Of a stretch of 64,000 nucleotides of DNA, positions 13,003-26,669 are shown piece by piece (positions within the stretch are counted from its first letter, which is position 1; every line of letters begins with the position of its first letter). The stretch is from NCBI GenBank assembly GCA_026026165.1, contig JAPEUD010000066.1, positions 1 to 64,000 on the forward strand. Direction: 5' to 3'. Under the pieces are notes generated by a model. The model worked only from the letters and a program-made list of their open reading frames with translations. It searched no databases and was not told where the DNA came from. The DNA comes from Sarea resinae. Lineage: Eukaryota. The translations under genes were made by a program, and so were the position numbers.

Positions 13003-13883
13003 ATGGCGTCCTCATCATCGGAGACGCCTCTTCTCTAGTACGTCAGCATCACCAGCCTTGCGGCCTGGTCCACTTCGCGGACAGCTCACTGACCGACCTT
13101 CAACAGCTCGTGCATTGCCTACCGAACTACAATCCTGACCGAGCACACCGCCTCTCCTTCGTCAGGCACATCGTCACTTGCCTCCATCATCCTCCCCAAG
13201 ATCTCTCATGAAACCCCTCAAAAACTCACCTACACCCACAATCAGAACTACGTTCATTATATCGCGGATGCCTCATCCGACCATCCAGATGCCGACCCCT
13301 CTGCCGGCGGCTTGACATATCTAGTCGTGGCACGCAGCGAATTGGGCCGCCGTATTCCGTTTGGTTACCTCGTCGAGATAAAGAAGCGCTTTCTGGCCGA
13401 ATATGACCCCCAGTCCACGGATTTCGGATCTCTTCCGGCGTATGGAGCTGCGGCTTTCAACACACAGCTCAAGAGGCTAATGATCGACTATGGGACCACC
13501 AAGGCCGGCAAAGATGACGCGATAGGCAATGTGCAGAGCGAGATTGACAACGTGCGAGGCATCATGACCGAGAACATTGAAAGAGTGTTGGAACGCGGGG
13601 AGCGGATTGATCTGCTTGTGGATAAGACTGATCGGTTGGGTGGGAATGCCCATGACTTTAGGGTCAGGAGTCGGGGCCTGAGGAGACGCATGTGGTGGAA
13701 GAACACCAAGTTAATGATGCTGCTGGTTGTGGTCGTTATCTTCCTGGTCTATCTGTTCGTGGGTTTTGGCTGTGGACTTCCTGGTAAGTCCTGCAACTTT
13801 CGTCTTTGTGTTTGGAGATAATACTGATTCGTTCTTGCGTCACAGGATGGTCCAAGTGCGTTGGGAAGAAGCACCGGGGGTAA
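13003..13883 (+). CDS. VAMP7/Nyv1-like longin R-SNARE; exons 13003-13037, 13107-13783, 13846-13883
   Basis: Longin N-terminus (LLYSCIAYRTTILTE), synaptobrevin motif VRGIMTENIERVLERGERIDLLVDKT, RRRMWWKN plus a C-terminal TM helix, ending GLPGWSKCVGKKHRG*. Confidence 0.9.
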
Positions 13884-14508
13884 AAGCTGTCATGTCTTAC
13901 AAGCTCTAAGTATTCATATCCTCGTTTCGCGTCGGCAAGGAGGGAAATTGTAGTAGTATGGCGCATGGGCTTGCTGCTTATTGTGAGGGAGGAATATTCA
14001 TATCACCGTATCAAGCATTTTCATTTGGTCAATGGTTTAGCAAAAAGGGAATGCCATCTCAATCTACGATTAGGCTACACTCTTCGTTGTTGAAAGCAGG
14101 TTGCCGTTCGGCTAAGTGTGGTATTGAGGGATGTTTCAGAACAAGCCTATCGCAGTGCAAGTCATTTGTCTACTTGCAGTCCTTCGAAAGCCGTGACGGA
14201 ACGACAGATACTCCTGGAAGGCTGCTCGTCTCGTTTAAGTCTGTCGATTGAGCTGCGCTAGGATCTCATATTATCAATTCCCAATAACTGTCAATGGGGA
14301 TCTCATGAAATCACGGAAGCTAGGCTATCAACCCTTTCAGAGATCTGACTGAAACCTGTCGAGACTCCATTTCATAATTGCCCACGCTATGATCCCAGCC
14401 CAAAACCAAGCCCAAGACCAGCCCAACGCCGCAGCAGCATATGTGAAAAGCAGAATCCTACTCGTATGCGCCCTCGCCTCGCCCTCTCGCCATCCTAGAC
14501 AGCTTCTT

Positions 14509-15025
14509 TCACAATTTCCCCCTCGGTGCCCCATTGTCCCCTCCCCCATCACGAACCCCTGCCCTACCCGCCGACCGCACATCCCAGACATATCCAAAAG
14601 CCGCAGGGCTCATTCCCTCGTTCGTTTGTGCCGGCAGCGGGAACGGAGGCTTATAGAGCGCCTTTGTGAAGAAGACCGGGTGGCGAGTTGCGGGGTCGTA
14701 GAGTTTTGGAAAGACTTGCACGCTCTTGGCTGCACTAGGGGTTTGTAGAGGTGGGAACGGGGCCATGGCTGTCATTTGAGAGGTGGGCTTGCTGTGTCGG
14801 GCCTGCTGTGTTTGTTGGGCCTGCTGTGTTTGCTGTATCTGCGGAGAGGGGGAAAAGGATTGGACATGTCGAGTTTGAGTGAAGGTTGCTGGGTTTGATG
14901 GCGTTGGCGGCGGGGGGTGCTGGTGGGACAGGATTGGGGATTAGCTGAATTGTTTTGGTGGATTGGGGTAGAGTGGAGGATGGACGACGAACCTGCGGTC
15001 TTGTGGGTTGGAGAGAGGGGAACAT
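14509..15025 (-). CDS. Hypothetical 147-aa protein, two exons (15025-14993, 14919-14509)
   Basis: ATG, then intron GTTCGT...GCTAAT...CCAG (14992-14920) joining in frame to the 14509..14775 ORF. Pro/Gln-rich N-half and a structured-looking LYDPATRHPVFFTKALYKPPFP...GMSPAAFGYVW segment. Confidence 0.6.
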
Positions 15026-15292
15026 GGCTGGTGCGTGGCTCGGTGGAGTTGAGATGTCTCTGGATCTGTCTATTGACGAAACAGAGATAGAGGCATGACG
15101 GCGGGGATATCTTGACTTGGAGAGGCGAACCGCGCGGGTGATCTTGGAGTCGCCCGCGCATACGGTAGTTGAGGTCGCTGAGTCATACGTCATTTTTACC
15201 TCCAAATCTCCGATGCCTTAGCTGCCAAAATCCATATCACCTTAATTCACCTGGACCGGACGTATTTTGAACGCCAATCGTTTACTTCGAGC

Positions 15293-17546
15293 ATGCGAAG
15301 GCCACCACACTTGCTCGTCCGGCCAGGCACCCAATTGCGCTTCAATGGGACGCTTTCCAAAGCTGCTAAGCCACCGATAATCCGGATACATGAAGCAACA
15401 TTCTACCGCGAACACCCTTCAACCGTCTCCAGCCCAGCTCACGATGCGCCGCCGAACCCACCACTTTTTCCCAAGCTGACATTCGAGCTCCCTTCTTTCT
15501 CCTTACCCGCGCAACATTGGGCTGTTGTTGGCCCCTCGTCTTCAGGAAAATCAACGTTTCTGGAAATCATTCGGGGCACACACTTGTGTTTCCCTCCCAG
15601 TAGCCGGTCCTTCCCCTACCTATTGACCGACGAGATAGCTGCCAAGGACCACCGACTACGGTTCCCTGGACGTGCTATTCAGTATGTGGGATTCGGCGGA
15701 GAGACGGGCGGCCTTGGAGGAACGGGCACTCGCGGTGCATATTTGAGTGCGCGCTACGAGAGCAGAAGAGAGGAGACGGACTTTTCTTTGCTGGACTATC
15801 TGCAAGGCCATACGGAACTCAATCCGGCCGAGAAAGAGACCGGGCAGGAAATAGCGCTGTCTTCTTTGAACGCCGTAATAGAACAACTACGCCTCAAGGA
15901 CCTCCTTGGTTTGCCGGTGAGCAACCTCAGTAATGGGCAGACTAGACGAGCGAGGATTGCAAGAGCTCTGCTCGGGAAATCAGAGATTCTGCTACTGGAT
16001 GAACCATTCAGTAAGGATACTCTCGATGGGCTTTTCGAGCAGCGCTGACATATTTCTCATCCAGTGGGCCTCGATCCCCCAACATTGACAACTCTCTCAC
16101 CAATTCTTCATGGCCTTGCAGCCTCGAACTCTCCTCGTCTCTTAATGTCTCTCCGTCCACAGGACCCGATACCGGATTGGATCACGCATCTCATCTATTT
16201 AGGACAGGATTTCAAAGTTGCCCATCAAGGCGCCAAAGATCTCGTCCTTGAAGAGCTCAAGAAGCGGGCCAAGAGGAATGACAATTCTATAGTGTACTCT
16301 GCGAAAGAGGTTGGCCGAGTTCTCACTGCTAAAGGGATACTTGAGCCTAATTCGACTCTCGAGGCCGTCGGAGCAGGGAACAAGAAAAACTCAAGGGTGC
16401 CAAAGGATCAGGATAACTTCTACTTTGCGTGGAATCCGCGGTCGATTACGGAGCCGATAGTAGAGATGGAGGGCGTGGAAGTCAAATATGGAGACAAGGA
16501 GATCCTGGGCCGGTGGAATCAGGGCAATCCCAACTCCCATAAGGGCATGCAAAAGAATCTAAAAGATGGCCTCTGGTGGAGGGTCAGGAGAGGGCAGAAA
16601 TGGGGCATTTTTGGCCCAAACGGTGAGCCATACTATTTGATGCGTTTCTCATCAAAGCAATCGCTGACGGATCTAAGGCTCTGGCAAGACGACAATTATC
16701 AGTCTCATTTGTTCCGACCATCCCCAGGCTTACTCTCTTCCCATCAAACTGTTCGGCCGTTCTCGACTCCCTACTCCCGGCCAGCCAGGGATCTCTATTT
16801 TTGACCTTCAAGCTCGAATCGGTCAATCTTCTCCGGAGATTCATGCCTTTTTCCCCCGCAATCTCACGGTTCGCCAGACACTAGAGAACGCATGGGCGGA
16901 TACATTTCTGTCCAAACCTCAACTAAACCATGACCGTGACCTTGATGTGGACGCTTGTCTCCGCTGGTTCCAACACGAGTTGAACCCTTCGGCATCGAGT
17001 GCCCCAGAAGAAGGACCAACCAAGGCACGAACGAAGGATCTGAGTGCAGCAGCTTCGAAGGCGAAAGAAAAAGCATATGCGAATTTTCTCGACTCTGACG
17101 ACATTGACTGGGCCGATACTCTTCGGTTCCGCGATCTTCCATTTTCCTCGCAGCGTGTGGCTCTCTTCCTCCGCGCTATACTCCGAAGGCCTGATCTAAT
17201 AATTCTGGATGAAGCGTTCGGTGGTATGGACGACTACATCCGAGACAAATGCATGCTCTTTCTAGAACATGGAGAAGGCAAAAGCCTGTCTAGGAGATTC
17301 GGGCCCAACGGTAAACGGGTCATCGAGAGCGCCACGGCGTGGAGAGTGCAGAAACTCAGGATCACCGGTATGTCGCCAGAGCAGGCGCTCATCTGTGTCA
17401 GCCACGTCAGGGAAGAGGTTCCCGATGTGGTAAGAGAATGGATGAGACTCCCAGAGCCAAACACCGGTAAGCCGCCAAGCTTTGGGCGGCTTGACGGGCC
17501 GCTAAGAGATGATCATAAGCGGTGGGAGCAGATCTGGGCCATGTGA
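15293..17546 (+). CDS. ModF/Ydr061w-like soluble twin-NBD ABC ATPase, 3 exons, probable mitochondrial presequence
   Basis: Walker A GPSSSGKST and GPNG|SGKT (split by intron 16623-16677), signature LSNGQ, Walker B LLLDEPF and IILDEAF, no TM domain, Arg-rich N-terminus without acidic residues. Confidence 0.85.
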
Positions 17547-18160
17547 AGAAAGGGGTGAGCGACGTCCTGGATCAATAGACTAACATGATCCGTCATAGAA
17601 TGTATATAGCATGCATATACGAATTGACGATATGCCATCAATGACCCTCTCTGATCCTGAGCATCTGCCGAAGTAGTGGCATTGTCTATAGATGAAGTGC
17701 TCGAGAGGCAGGGCAATAAGGGCATATATATATGTGAAACAGGCGGCATGTCGCGCGACCAGCGACCGCGGAGCGAGCCTGTGACATAGAGGTCCTGTGC
17801 GGTGTATTCGGTACCTGATGGTGGGCGGCGGTCAGATACCAGAGCTGAGTAGACAGAACCTCGATTGCAGCAAGAATTGTAATCCGGCTTCCCACTACGT
17901 AGGTACCACATCGTCTCTCCCTTCAGCAGGATCCCATATCAACTCCCCTTCTCCCTCATTCTCATTCACACTGCGCTCTACCATTTTCCTCCCTGCAATC
18001 CCCTCGCAGGATTAGCAATGAGGAAAGATCGCACCGCCGTGCAGCGGTCAACGTACCTCTGATTCATCTATCATTCACTCACCTACAGCAGCCAGCTCAC
18101 TGACACCTTCATCCGACAACATATACACACCTGACCCCGCATCGTCGGTGTTGCGCCGCC

Positions 18161-21100
18161 ATGTCTTTCACGAGCAGTCTCATGTCAGACCTGGCTCCAG
18201 ACAGCACACCATCACCGTCGTTGAGCGCCACTTCGTTGTCTTCGTTTTCGTCGTCAATCAAGCATATCACTTCCTCCGCCTTCAATGCTTCTTCGTACCT
18301 GAACCCCTCGCCAAAGGACCTGCTCATGGTCGTCCCCCGGATGGTTCGACGTGTCGGCTCTTTCGCCTTCTTTGACGTCCCCGATCAGATCGACAGTATG
18401 CTGGGAAGAGGATTCGGCGGCAGCGTCATTGCTGAAGCCACTGGCCACGTCGTGGAAGGAGGGGCAGCGGCAGCTGCGCCGGCTTTGACACAGGGAGCAG
18501 CGGCGGCAGCTCTGGGCGATGCTACTAATGCTGCTGTGGCATCTCCAGAGATGGCACAGGCTTTTGGCTTTCAGAACATCCGAAATTTCGGCGGCATCTT
18601 TAGCTACCTGACCAGCAAATGGGCATTGGGCTGCATTACCATGGTATGTTCAATATGCCAGCTAACTTTTGGCCGCCAACCATCTGATTGATATCTGCTA
18701 ATCATGTGTAGGCCATCATCTTAAACCGAACGCAAATTTATGCTTCTGCCCGTCGGCACGTCACTCTCAACGGGCCTCTTCGACTATTAATGCGGCTCGC
18801 CCCAATTATCATTTTCACACTACAAGTAAAATGGCTACTGCAGGCTATTCGCTGTCAGTCATCCCCCGCTTACCCTCTACTACGATATGGCGATGCGGAC
18901 AAGCAATTCTTTTTGGATTTCTCTGGCGACAGTCCTGCGCTTCACCGGCTCAGTTCTGGTCTTCTCTGGTGGCAGGATGAGCAGGCTAGCTGCGCTGCAG
19001 TGAACTTGATCCGTCCCTCCAAAGAACTTCCTCTCAAGGGTTCTCTCTCCTTGCTTTGGCCTTTATTTCTATCCCTCTTCTTGAGCCAGTTCGTCGAGAC
19101 GCTATCTTCCGCGCTTCAAGGCCGACAACCATTGGCCGAGACCGGAATGACCCTCTTCGAGCATTCTCTTGCCTTTGCCGAGGCAGAGGCTATGATAGGT
19201 AACTACATAGGATGGGCTACGGGATCGAATGGGTCTTCTAAGTCGACGGCGAACTCGACCTCTGCGTATCGTGACCCGAAAGTCGAGGCTGCTCTGCTAC
19301 TCCATCGATCCTTGTTAATGGACGTGCTAAATGTTCCCCCTGAAGTGCTTCTGATCGGACTGATTTCGAGCTTAAGCCACTTGAGCAGCCATATACTTGC
19401 TGTCGTGGGCCTTCAGGCGAGATATCGGCTCATCAACACGGGCGTGTGGGGAATATGTTTTATGAGTGCCTTCGTGTACAGCTTCTTGGCCTTCTCGCCC
19501 GAAAAAGGGGGTGATATCGGCATCCTCCGATTCCCGACAGTGTGCATCGTTGGTTTCATTCCGCATCTTCTTATTCTGGTTGGCATCTTCGTATGCGCCA
19601 GTATCTATTTCCTTGCCGTCCTGTTCACGGCCATGTCACCTCCACCTGGAATACCCCGGCCGCGGTCGTTGAAAGAAAGATTCATCATGGCCAACGAGAA
19701 TCTTCAGGCCAGCATCCAGCTTTCTTCGATTCGTATCAGCATGTATGAGGACTTTTACACCACGCTGTTGAAGATTGGCTTCACCGCTTTGACCGCCGCC
19801 AGTGAGGCAGTGTACTTGAATGAAGGCAGAGGAGTGGAAGTACGACGGTGGACTTGGCTCGAGGAGGAGCGGATGAAGGAGATCGAGAGTGCTCGAGGTT
19901 GGCGCAATGGTTTTGCCGTCCCGCAGGATCTGCAAGAGTCGGTTGCTGAAGGGGTTGGGTTGGAGGATGAAGCTGATGGTCGGATCCTGGAAGCCAACCA
20001 GCTCCGGAGTGGCTATGCCCGCGAGCGAAAAACTCAAATCCTCAAGGCTGGCTCGAAAGTGAGCAAAGCGGCCATTCGGGATGACGGAGTGGGGGCGCTG
20101 CAGAGGGGCTCCCGATGGATCATGGCCTGGGATTATTGTAGAGGGATCTTCTGGCTTTTGACAGGATGGATGTTCATTGGGTTCGCGAAGCTTCTCGATA
20201 AACTTGGCATCATTCGACGACCGAGGTGGCTACGAATACTGGTCGGACGAAGTCAGATTGACAGTAAAAAGAGATCGATGGAGAGGCAAACCCAGCCCGA
20301 CACGCTTGAGTTCTGGATGCTCTCGGACAATGGGGAGCTCTCCTTGCCAGAGACTGCAGATGTCGACGTTGAAGTTGAGATGCGTCGGATGCGACAATAT
20401 GGAAGCGAAAGCTGGAACGACGAAGATGAAATAAAACTTGAGTCGAGTCTCTATGGCTGGTGGAAGAACGGCGGTTGGTGGGGCGAGCGCGACGAGAGTG
20501 GGGACTTTGAGACCGAAATGGCGGACGATGATGATGATGATACCACTAGCGTCCTCTCGATGTCCACGACCGCTGACGAAAATGATGATAACAACGGCTG
20601 GGAAACGGATAATGAAGACGGAAGACGCACTCCCACTCTCCGCGACCCTCATCCTCGCCGGCGCTCACCCACTCCCGCCACAATAGACACGACTCTCGAC
20701 CCCGCCCAGCTCGCTGCGCTCCTGGACCCCAAAGACCCCGAACACCGTATGCAAGCCCGCGTGCTCGCGCGCCATCTCGCCACCGACGGCATCCTCACTC
20801 GCTCGCGGTACCGACATTATCTGGAGACGGAGAAATCGCAGGTGTTGACGTCGACGCGGTACCGGCCTGCGCATCTGATGAAGGGTGCGAGTGTAGGTGC
20901 GGCTGGTGCGAGCCATGGGGGCAGTGGAAGTAGAAGATTGAGCCCCGAGGAAGAGGCGGAGTTGCTCGAACATCTCATCTTATCGCGTCGTGGAGCATTA
21001 TCATCGACGTCCGACATCGCCGATCCCACCAATCCTGGCCTTTCTCCATCTAACTCCTTTCCCAACAATACCTCGGCCTCGTCCTCGGCTGACCCGAACG

Positions 21101-21321
21101 CCGATTCGGCGCGCTCCTGGAAAGAAGGTGCCGAAGGACTCGGGTCCTCGGGTCCGCAATGCGTCGTTTGCCAATCGAATCCGCGCTCCATCCTCGTCTG
21201 GCCGTGTCGCTGTCTGTCGCTGTGTGAAGACTGTCGGGTCGCGCTCGCCATGAACAATTTCGGCAACTGCGTCTGCTGTCGACGCGACGTTGTCGGATTT
21301 TCCAGGATTTTCGTGCCATGA
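18161..21321 (+). CDS. Asi1/Asi3-like membrane RING E3 ubiquitin ligase (intron ~18644-18711)
   Basis: FSYLTSKWAL...AIILNRT, TLFEHSLAFAEAE, LRFPTVCIVGFIPH, TM segments and a C-terminal RING CVVCQ...WPCRCLSLCEDC...CVCCR. Confidence 0.85.
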
Positions 21322-22270
21322 TCGGTTGGGGTTTTGATGTGTGGGTGGGGTCGACTGAGTAGGATAGGGGAGAGGGAGGGGGCAGGCTGAGCACAGGACT
21401 TGTGATCCGTACTTGGTGTTTTATGTTCTAACTCCTCTCTCCCTTTCTCTCTATATTTGTTTATTTATTTCCTATTTCTTTCAAGCGGCCATGAGCATAG
21501 GACAGGGACCGGGACCGGGACCAGGACAGGGACATGGATGGGGCATGGGTATCTTTTTTTTTCCTTTGCCTGTCTACCTCATCTGATAATTGGTGAGGAG
21601 CAGCCAGCGTTGACGGGTCTTTTTTTTTTTTTCTCTCTCTTTTTTTCCATATTGCTACCTATCGAACTTCCGTCCTTTTCATCCGTCCTACCTCTCTCGA
21701 TCTTATCTCGTGTGTAGCAGAGGCAGGGATGCAGGGAGGCAGATGCAGAAGGGGCGGAGGGAAAGCCGATGAGGATAGGGATAGTGATAGTGATAGTGAT
21801 CATGACGGGAATGAGAAATGGAACGGGGACGGGGACGGGGGTTGTTGAATGTGTATATTTTACTTGTTCTCTTTTCCCTTCCCTTCTCTTCTCTCCTGCC
21901 CTAGCCTAGTCTTATATCTCTATCATAACTATCTATGGAAACATCCAGACATCTATCCAGCCATTCATTCATTCATCCAGACAGCCATCCAAACGACCAG
22001 ACATGCACTCTCACCAGCACCACATCCTCTGCGCCACATCCTCTGCACCACATAATCAAGGCATGAAACGTGAACGCCTTTCTCCAACAACGGTGCGCAG
22101 GGTGCGGTGTGCGGAACTGTTGGGGCGGTGGGGAGTAGGTAGGGTCATCTCAGTACTTCTAGGATCTTCAGGAGGGGAGGTCCTGGTCTTGTACTGACTG
22201 CGTAGGCCGGTGTCTGTCCTCGTTCCCTGTGCTGTGCTGTGCCAGCTCATACATAGTACTACCTGCGTTG

Positions 22271-22296
22271 GTATGTATGTATGTATGTATGTATGT
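22271..22296 (+). repeat. (GTAT)n microsatellite
   Basis: Directly visible. Confidence 0.85.
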
Positions 22297-22562
22297 AAGA
22301 TATTGATGTGTGAGGTGTGTGTGGATGTTTGGATGTGTGGATGTGGAGAGGCTATATATTAGTATCTAACACACATACTGAGATACTGAGACACTGAGGC
22401 GCCACGACGCTGAGACACTGAGACACTCAGAAGCAAAGCCATTCCCCCAACCACCTCACCCCCCAGTAAATCAATATCCCTCTTCCCCCCCCCCTCCCCT
22501 CTCCAAAAAAAAAAAAAAAGAAGGAAAGAAAAATCCCAAGAAAACCAGAACCAGACCTAGAT

Positions 22563-24784
22563 CTAGACCCTAAAGACGGCCGTCCGGCTGCGCACGCCAT
22601 CGAAGACGCACGTGTTGTCGACGGGCACGTACTGCTTCGTGATGATCTTGATGGCTTCTTGGGCCAGCATGCCGCCGGCGAGAGAGGAGGTGTTGTGGAG
22701 TTCGCTGCCGTGGGCGCGGTGGCTGGTGGGTTATTAGCTTCGGGTGGGGTGGGTTGAGTGTGGGTGAGGGGAGGGAGGGGGGAGGGATGGGAAAGGATAG
22801 GAGATTGGAGATGGGTGAGGGTGGGGGCGAAGGTCAGAAAGGTAAGGGAGGGGACGTGCAAGGAGGGAGTGAAAGGGGGAAGGAAGGCATAGAAGGATAC
22901 GAGGGCAACGGTGGTGGAGAGGAGAGGGAAGGTAGGAGAGGGAGGAGAAACGAAGGAATGAGGATAGGGAACAGGGATAAGAGAGATGGAGGAGAGAGGC
23001 ACATACAGTTCCGCGAGTACATCATCGAGCGCCGATCTCGTCTCGGCCGGTATGTCGTCCAGACTCGACCCGTTTTCCCGCGCTAGCGCCGCGAGCAGCG
23101 ATCGGCCTTTTTCTTGGAGCGACGGCAGAGCGGCGTCGGCGCCGCCGCAGAGGTCGTAGGCTTGGATGGCGATGTGCACGGTCAGGAGAGAGGCCGGGTC
23201 AGAGAGGTCTTGGTCTGTGCGCGGGAGAGTATTAGAAAGCTGGTATGTGTTGGATAAGATTGAATTGTGGACATAGAGGCACTCTCAGGAAGGGAGTGTC
23301 AAGAAGGCTATATAGCACGAGAAAAACTTACACGCCCATTTGGCTCGATTCCCCCATTTGATCTCCCCCTCTTTGCCATCGTCGTTGTCAGAATCCACAA
23401 TCTGCAAGCCCTTGCCTCGGACCAGCTTCACGAATGCGGCACCCTTGCAGAAAGCCTCGATTTCCTTCTCGTCGATGGGAACCGTTCGGCCTAGGGCGGT
23501 CTCGGTGACGCGGACCGTGGACGTCACTTCGGCGAGGTCGGATCGTGCTTTGGCTTTGTACACATTTTGCAGGGCGATGTAGTCGGCCGATTGCGCTTTC
23601 ATGTCTGGTAAGGAGCCTGGCAGAGGCAGAGCGGCGTGGGTGGAGTGGAATTTCGAGATGGCCGAGGCGATGAGGTAGAAGTTCGGGGACTACTCGGTTG
23701 CGGGAAGGGAATGTCAGCTTTGAATTCGGTATAGATTAGTTGAAATGGCAGGGGCGATTTACGTCTTTGTTCAGATTACGGCATTCGTCTGCTTCGAAGA
23801 TGGTGCGCACGTTGCTGCTGAGGCTGGGCGGGTTGAGGCTCTTCAGCACGGCCGCGACGGCTTCGTCGTAGTTCTCTTCGCCACCCTCGGCGTTGTTCGT
23901 GCGGGCGCCCTTGCGCACGATTTGTCGGAAGTCCGTCTTCTCTTTGTAATTCTTCGGCGGCTCGCCCTCGTGCGATTCCTTCCACTGTTCGAGGTAGTGC
24001 AGGAGCAGGAGCAGGTACGGCACGTGGCCGTGCTGGTGGTCGTCGAGAGCGTCGAGCTTGCTCGTCTTCTCTCGCGCCAAGGACAGCAGTTCCGGCCACG
24101 GTTTCAGGAGTCGGAGGTCGGTTGTCGAGGTGGGGTCGGGGTGGGTTTCGACGATGGGAAAGGCCGGCGGCAACGAGAGCGAGAAGTGCGAGTAGAAGCC
24201 CACCGAGTGGATGTAGAAGACGGGCGTGTTCTGCGATTGCGCCGCCCGAGAGATGGCCCGGAGGTGTCTCCGAGCAACTGGAGCGGTGACGAGGACGAGC
24301 GAGAATGGAGTCAGGAAGTTGGGGCGCGATACGAAGCTGTCGAGCGTCTTTTGTTATGCATTTCGCGCTCGTCAGTGGAATGGAAAGAAAGCAGCAGTCC
24401 GAGACTCACATCGACGAGATGATTGCCGGCCACATCGGGGTTGAGTTCCTCGAGCAGCTCACGGCATCTCTTGGCCCTCGACTGGCCCAGACTCTGGTCG
24501 TCGAGGAAGAAGTTCACGCCCAGATCGGCCTCGGTCACGGTGGCCTCGTCGAGGATGGTGAAGTGGCCGATGCCGGGTAAGACCAAGTTCTTCAGCGTCT
24601 CGATACCGACGACGCCTGGGCCCGAGTTGACGAGGAGGATGTGGGCATCTTCCAATGCCTCCTGGCCGGTGGCAGCCCAGAGGCGCAATTGACGGTCGTA
24701 TTTCCTCTCTTTGGAGGAGGGTCCCTGGAGAGGTGGGGGGGTGGTATGCGTAGTCATCGTCGTCGTCATCGTCGTCGTGGCCAT
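22563..24784 (-). CDS. ULA1: NEDD8-activating enzyme E1 regulatory subunit (APP-BP1/Ula1), 5 exons
   Basis: KYDRQLRLW, ETLKNLVLPGIG, HGHVPY, EENYDEA, LPGSLPDMKA and ELHNTSSLAGGMLAQEAIKIITKQYVPVDNTCVFDG after splicing. Confidence 0.93.
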
Positions 24785-25330
24785 GATGCCCGCGAGATTT
24801 GGTATTTATGGATCCAGTGCCATAGAGCAGAGCAGAGTACGAGGTGGGAAGAAAGGGGAAGTGATGGTGGTGAAGTTGAAGACACTGAACCGCAACACCA
24901 TCACCATCATCGTCACCAAGTCACCAAGTCACTCCCCGTCACTGTCATGCTTGCTCACCGCCTTTGGATCCATGGCTCCTTGCCCACAATGATCACGATG
25001 GCCACAATCGTCACAATCGTCGTATCAGACATGCAAAAGTCACGGGAGAACCCCAAAGACATTCTCTTCTTCTTGTTGTTCTTCATCGCCTCCGAACTGA
25101 CTCCTCCTCATCATTCCTATCTCTCTCGCTCTCTCCTCCATCGCCAGCCAATTCAACCCTTCGAGATCCGCCCATTCCATCGATTATCAACACTCGGACT
25201 AATTGAGTGCCGGACACCGGCCCTTCTAGCCCTTCTAGCCCTGCCACCCCACCACCACCACCACCATCACCACCATCACTAACCACGACGACTTTACCTC
25301 GTCCCTCTCTCTATCGACACGCCAAAGTTC

Positions 25331-26669
25331 ATGTCCCGCGGCGCACCAACAGCAGTAGCAGCAGCAGCAGCTCAATTAAGATCTCTCACATATCTCAGCA
25401 GTAAACGCCAATCCCACGCCATCGGACCTCGCTGCTTGTTGGATTGTGCCCATCATCCTCGAATTCCCGTGAGTAATCGTCGTTTCTGTGTCCCGGAAAA
25501 ACTCCGGTCGTTTCTTCCCCCGTCATCAACGAATACTATCGTCACATCGTCACACAAACCGCCTCCGCTCCTTTCCACCGCCTTCAATTCCAATTACGTA
25601 GTACTTACTTCAGTACATACTCTTGCTCACCCTCGCTGCAGTCCCGCTTCCTCTCCACCTCCCCCTCATCCAACAATCAAAAAACCTCACCCACAATGTC
25701 CACCACCACCACATCCTCGGCACCGCTCCTAGATATCGAAGCGACGAAGAAGATCGCCGCCCTTCGCGCCGTCGAGGAGCACTTTTTGCCGACGGACCAA
25801 TACGTGGGAATCGGTTCCGGCACCACCATCACGTACGTAGTCGAGGCCATCAAGGCGCGGGCCGCCAGCACGAACCGGGAGACCGAGATCAAATTCGTGC
25901 CGACGGGCTACCAATCGCGCCATGTCATCGTCCAGGCCGGGCTGACGCCCATCGCATTCGACTCGCTGCCCGACGGCCAATTGCTGGACGTCGCATTCGA
26001 CGGCGCCGACGAGGTCGACGACGACCTCAATTGCATCAAGGGCGGCGGTGCGTGTCTGTTCCAAGAGAAACTTGTCGCTACGAAAGCGAAGAAATTCATC
26101 TGTGTAGCCGGTGCGCTTTCGTTCTGTCTCCCTTACCCCCAAGGCCACCTATCTAACACAATCATGTAGACTACCGCAAACTCCAACCGCGCCTCCTCAC
26201 ATCCTGGCCCACGATCCCGATAGAAGTGGCCCCGATAGCCGTGCCGCGTGTCCTCATCGCTCTCCGCGCCCTCGGCTCCCCCTCGCCCACACTACGCGAG
26301 AACCTTCTGACGAAAGCCGGGCCCGTGAAAACGGACCAGGACTTCTTCATCATCGACGCGCCCTTTGCGCCGCTGCTGACGGCCGCCGATGTCGCCTCAT
26401 CCGACGACCCGGACGCCGGCACCGGCACCGGCAAAGGCGCCTCGGAGGACGACCGCGACGGCCCCGCCGCCGTGAACTGGGAGGTCCAAACCCTCGCCAA
26501 GACCATCAAGATGATCACGGGCGTGCTGGACGTCGGCATCTTCTCCGGCATCAATGGCGTCCAGGCAGGTGCGCAGCATTTCCTGGCCGGTGGCGAGAAG
26601 CCCGTCGCTGCGTATTTCGGCATGCAGGATGGTAGTGTCGAGGTCAGGCGGGCCAAGGAACTGCTGTAG
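25331..26669 (+). CDS. RKI1: Ribose-5-phosphate isomerase. Core starts at ATG 25696 (intron 26111-26170); candidate upstream exon 25331-25468 is spliced to 25642
   Basis: [42 protein letters not shown] and KAGPVKTD RpiA motifs. Confidence 0.95.

Noticed and set aside
14660..14720. KLYDPATRHPVFF resembles ribosomal bL33 (KYDP..RHVLF)
   Set aside because: The N-terminal half of bL33 is absent and the context is a longer Pro/Gln-rich ORF.
22427..23179. 250-aa Pro-rich minus-strand ORF
   Set aside because: It is ULA1 exon 4 read through a C/T-rich intron (~23005-22723) and into the wrong frame of the last exon.
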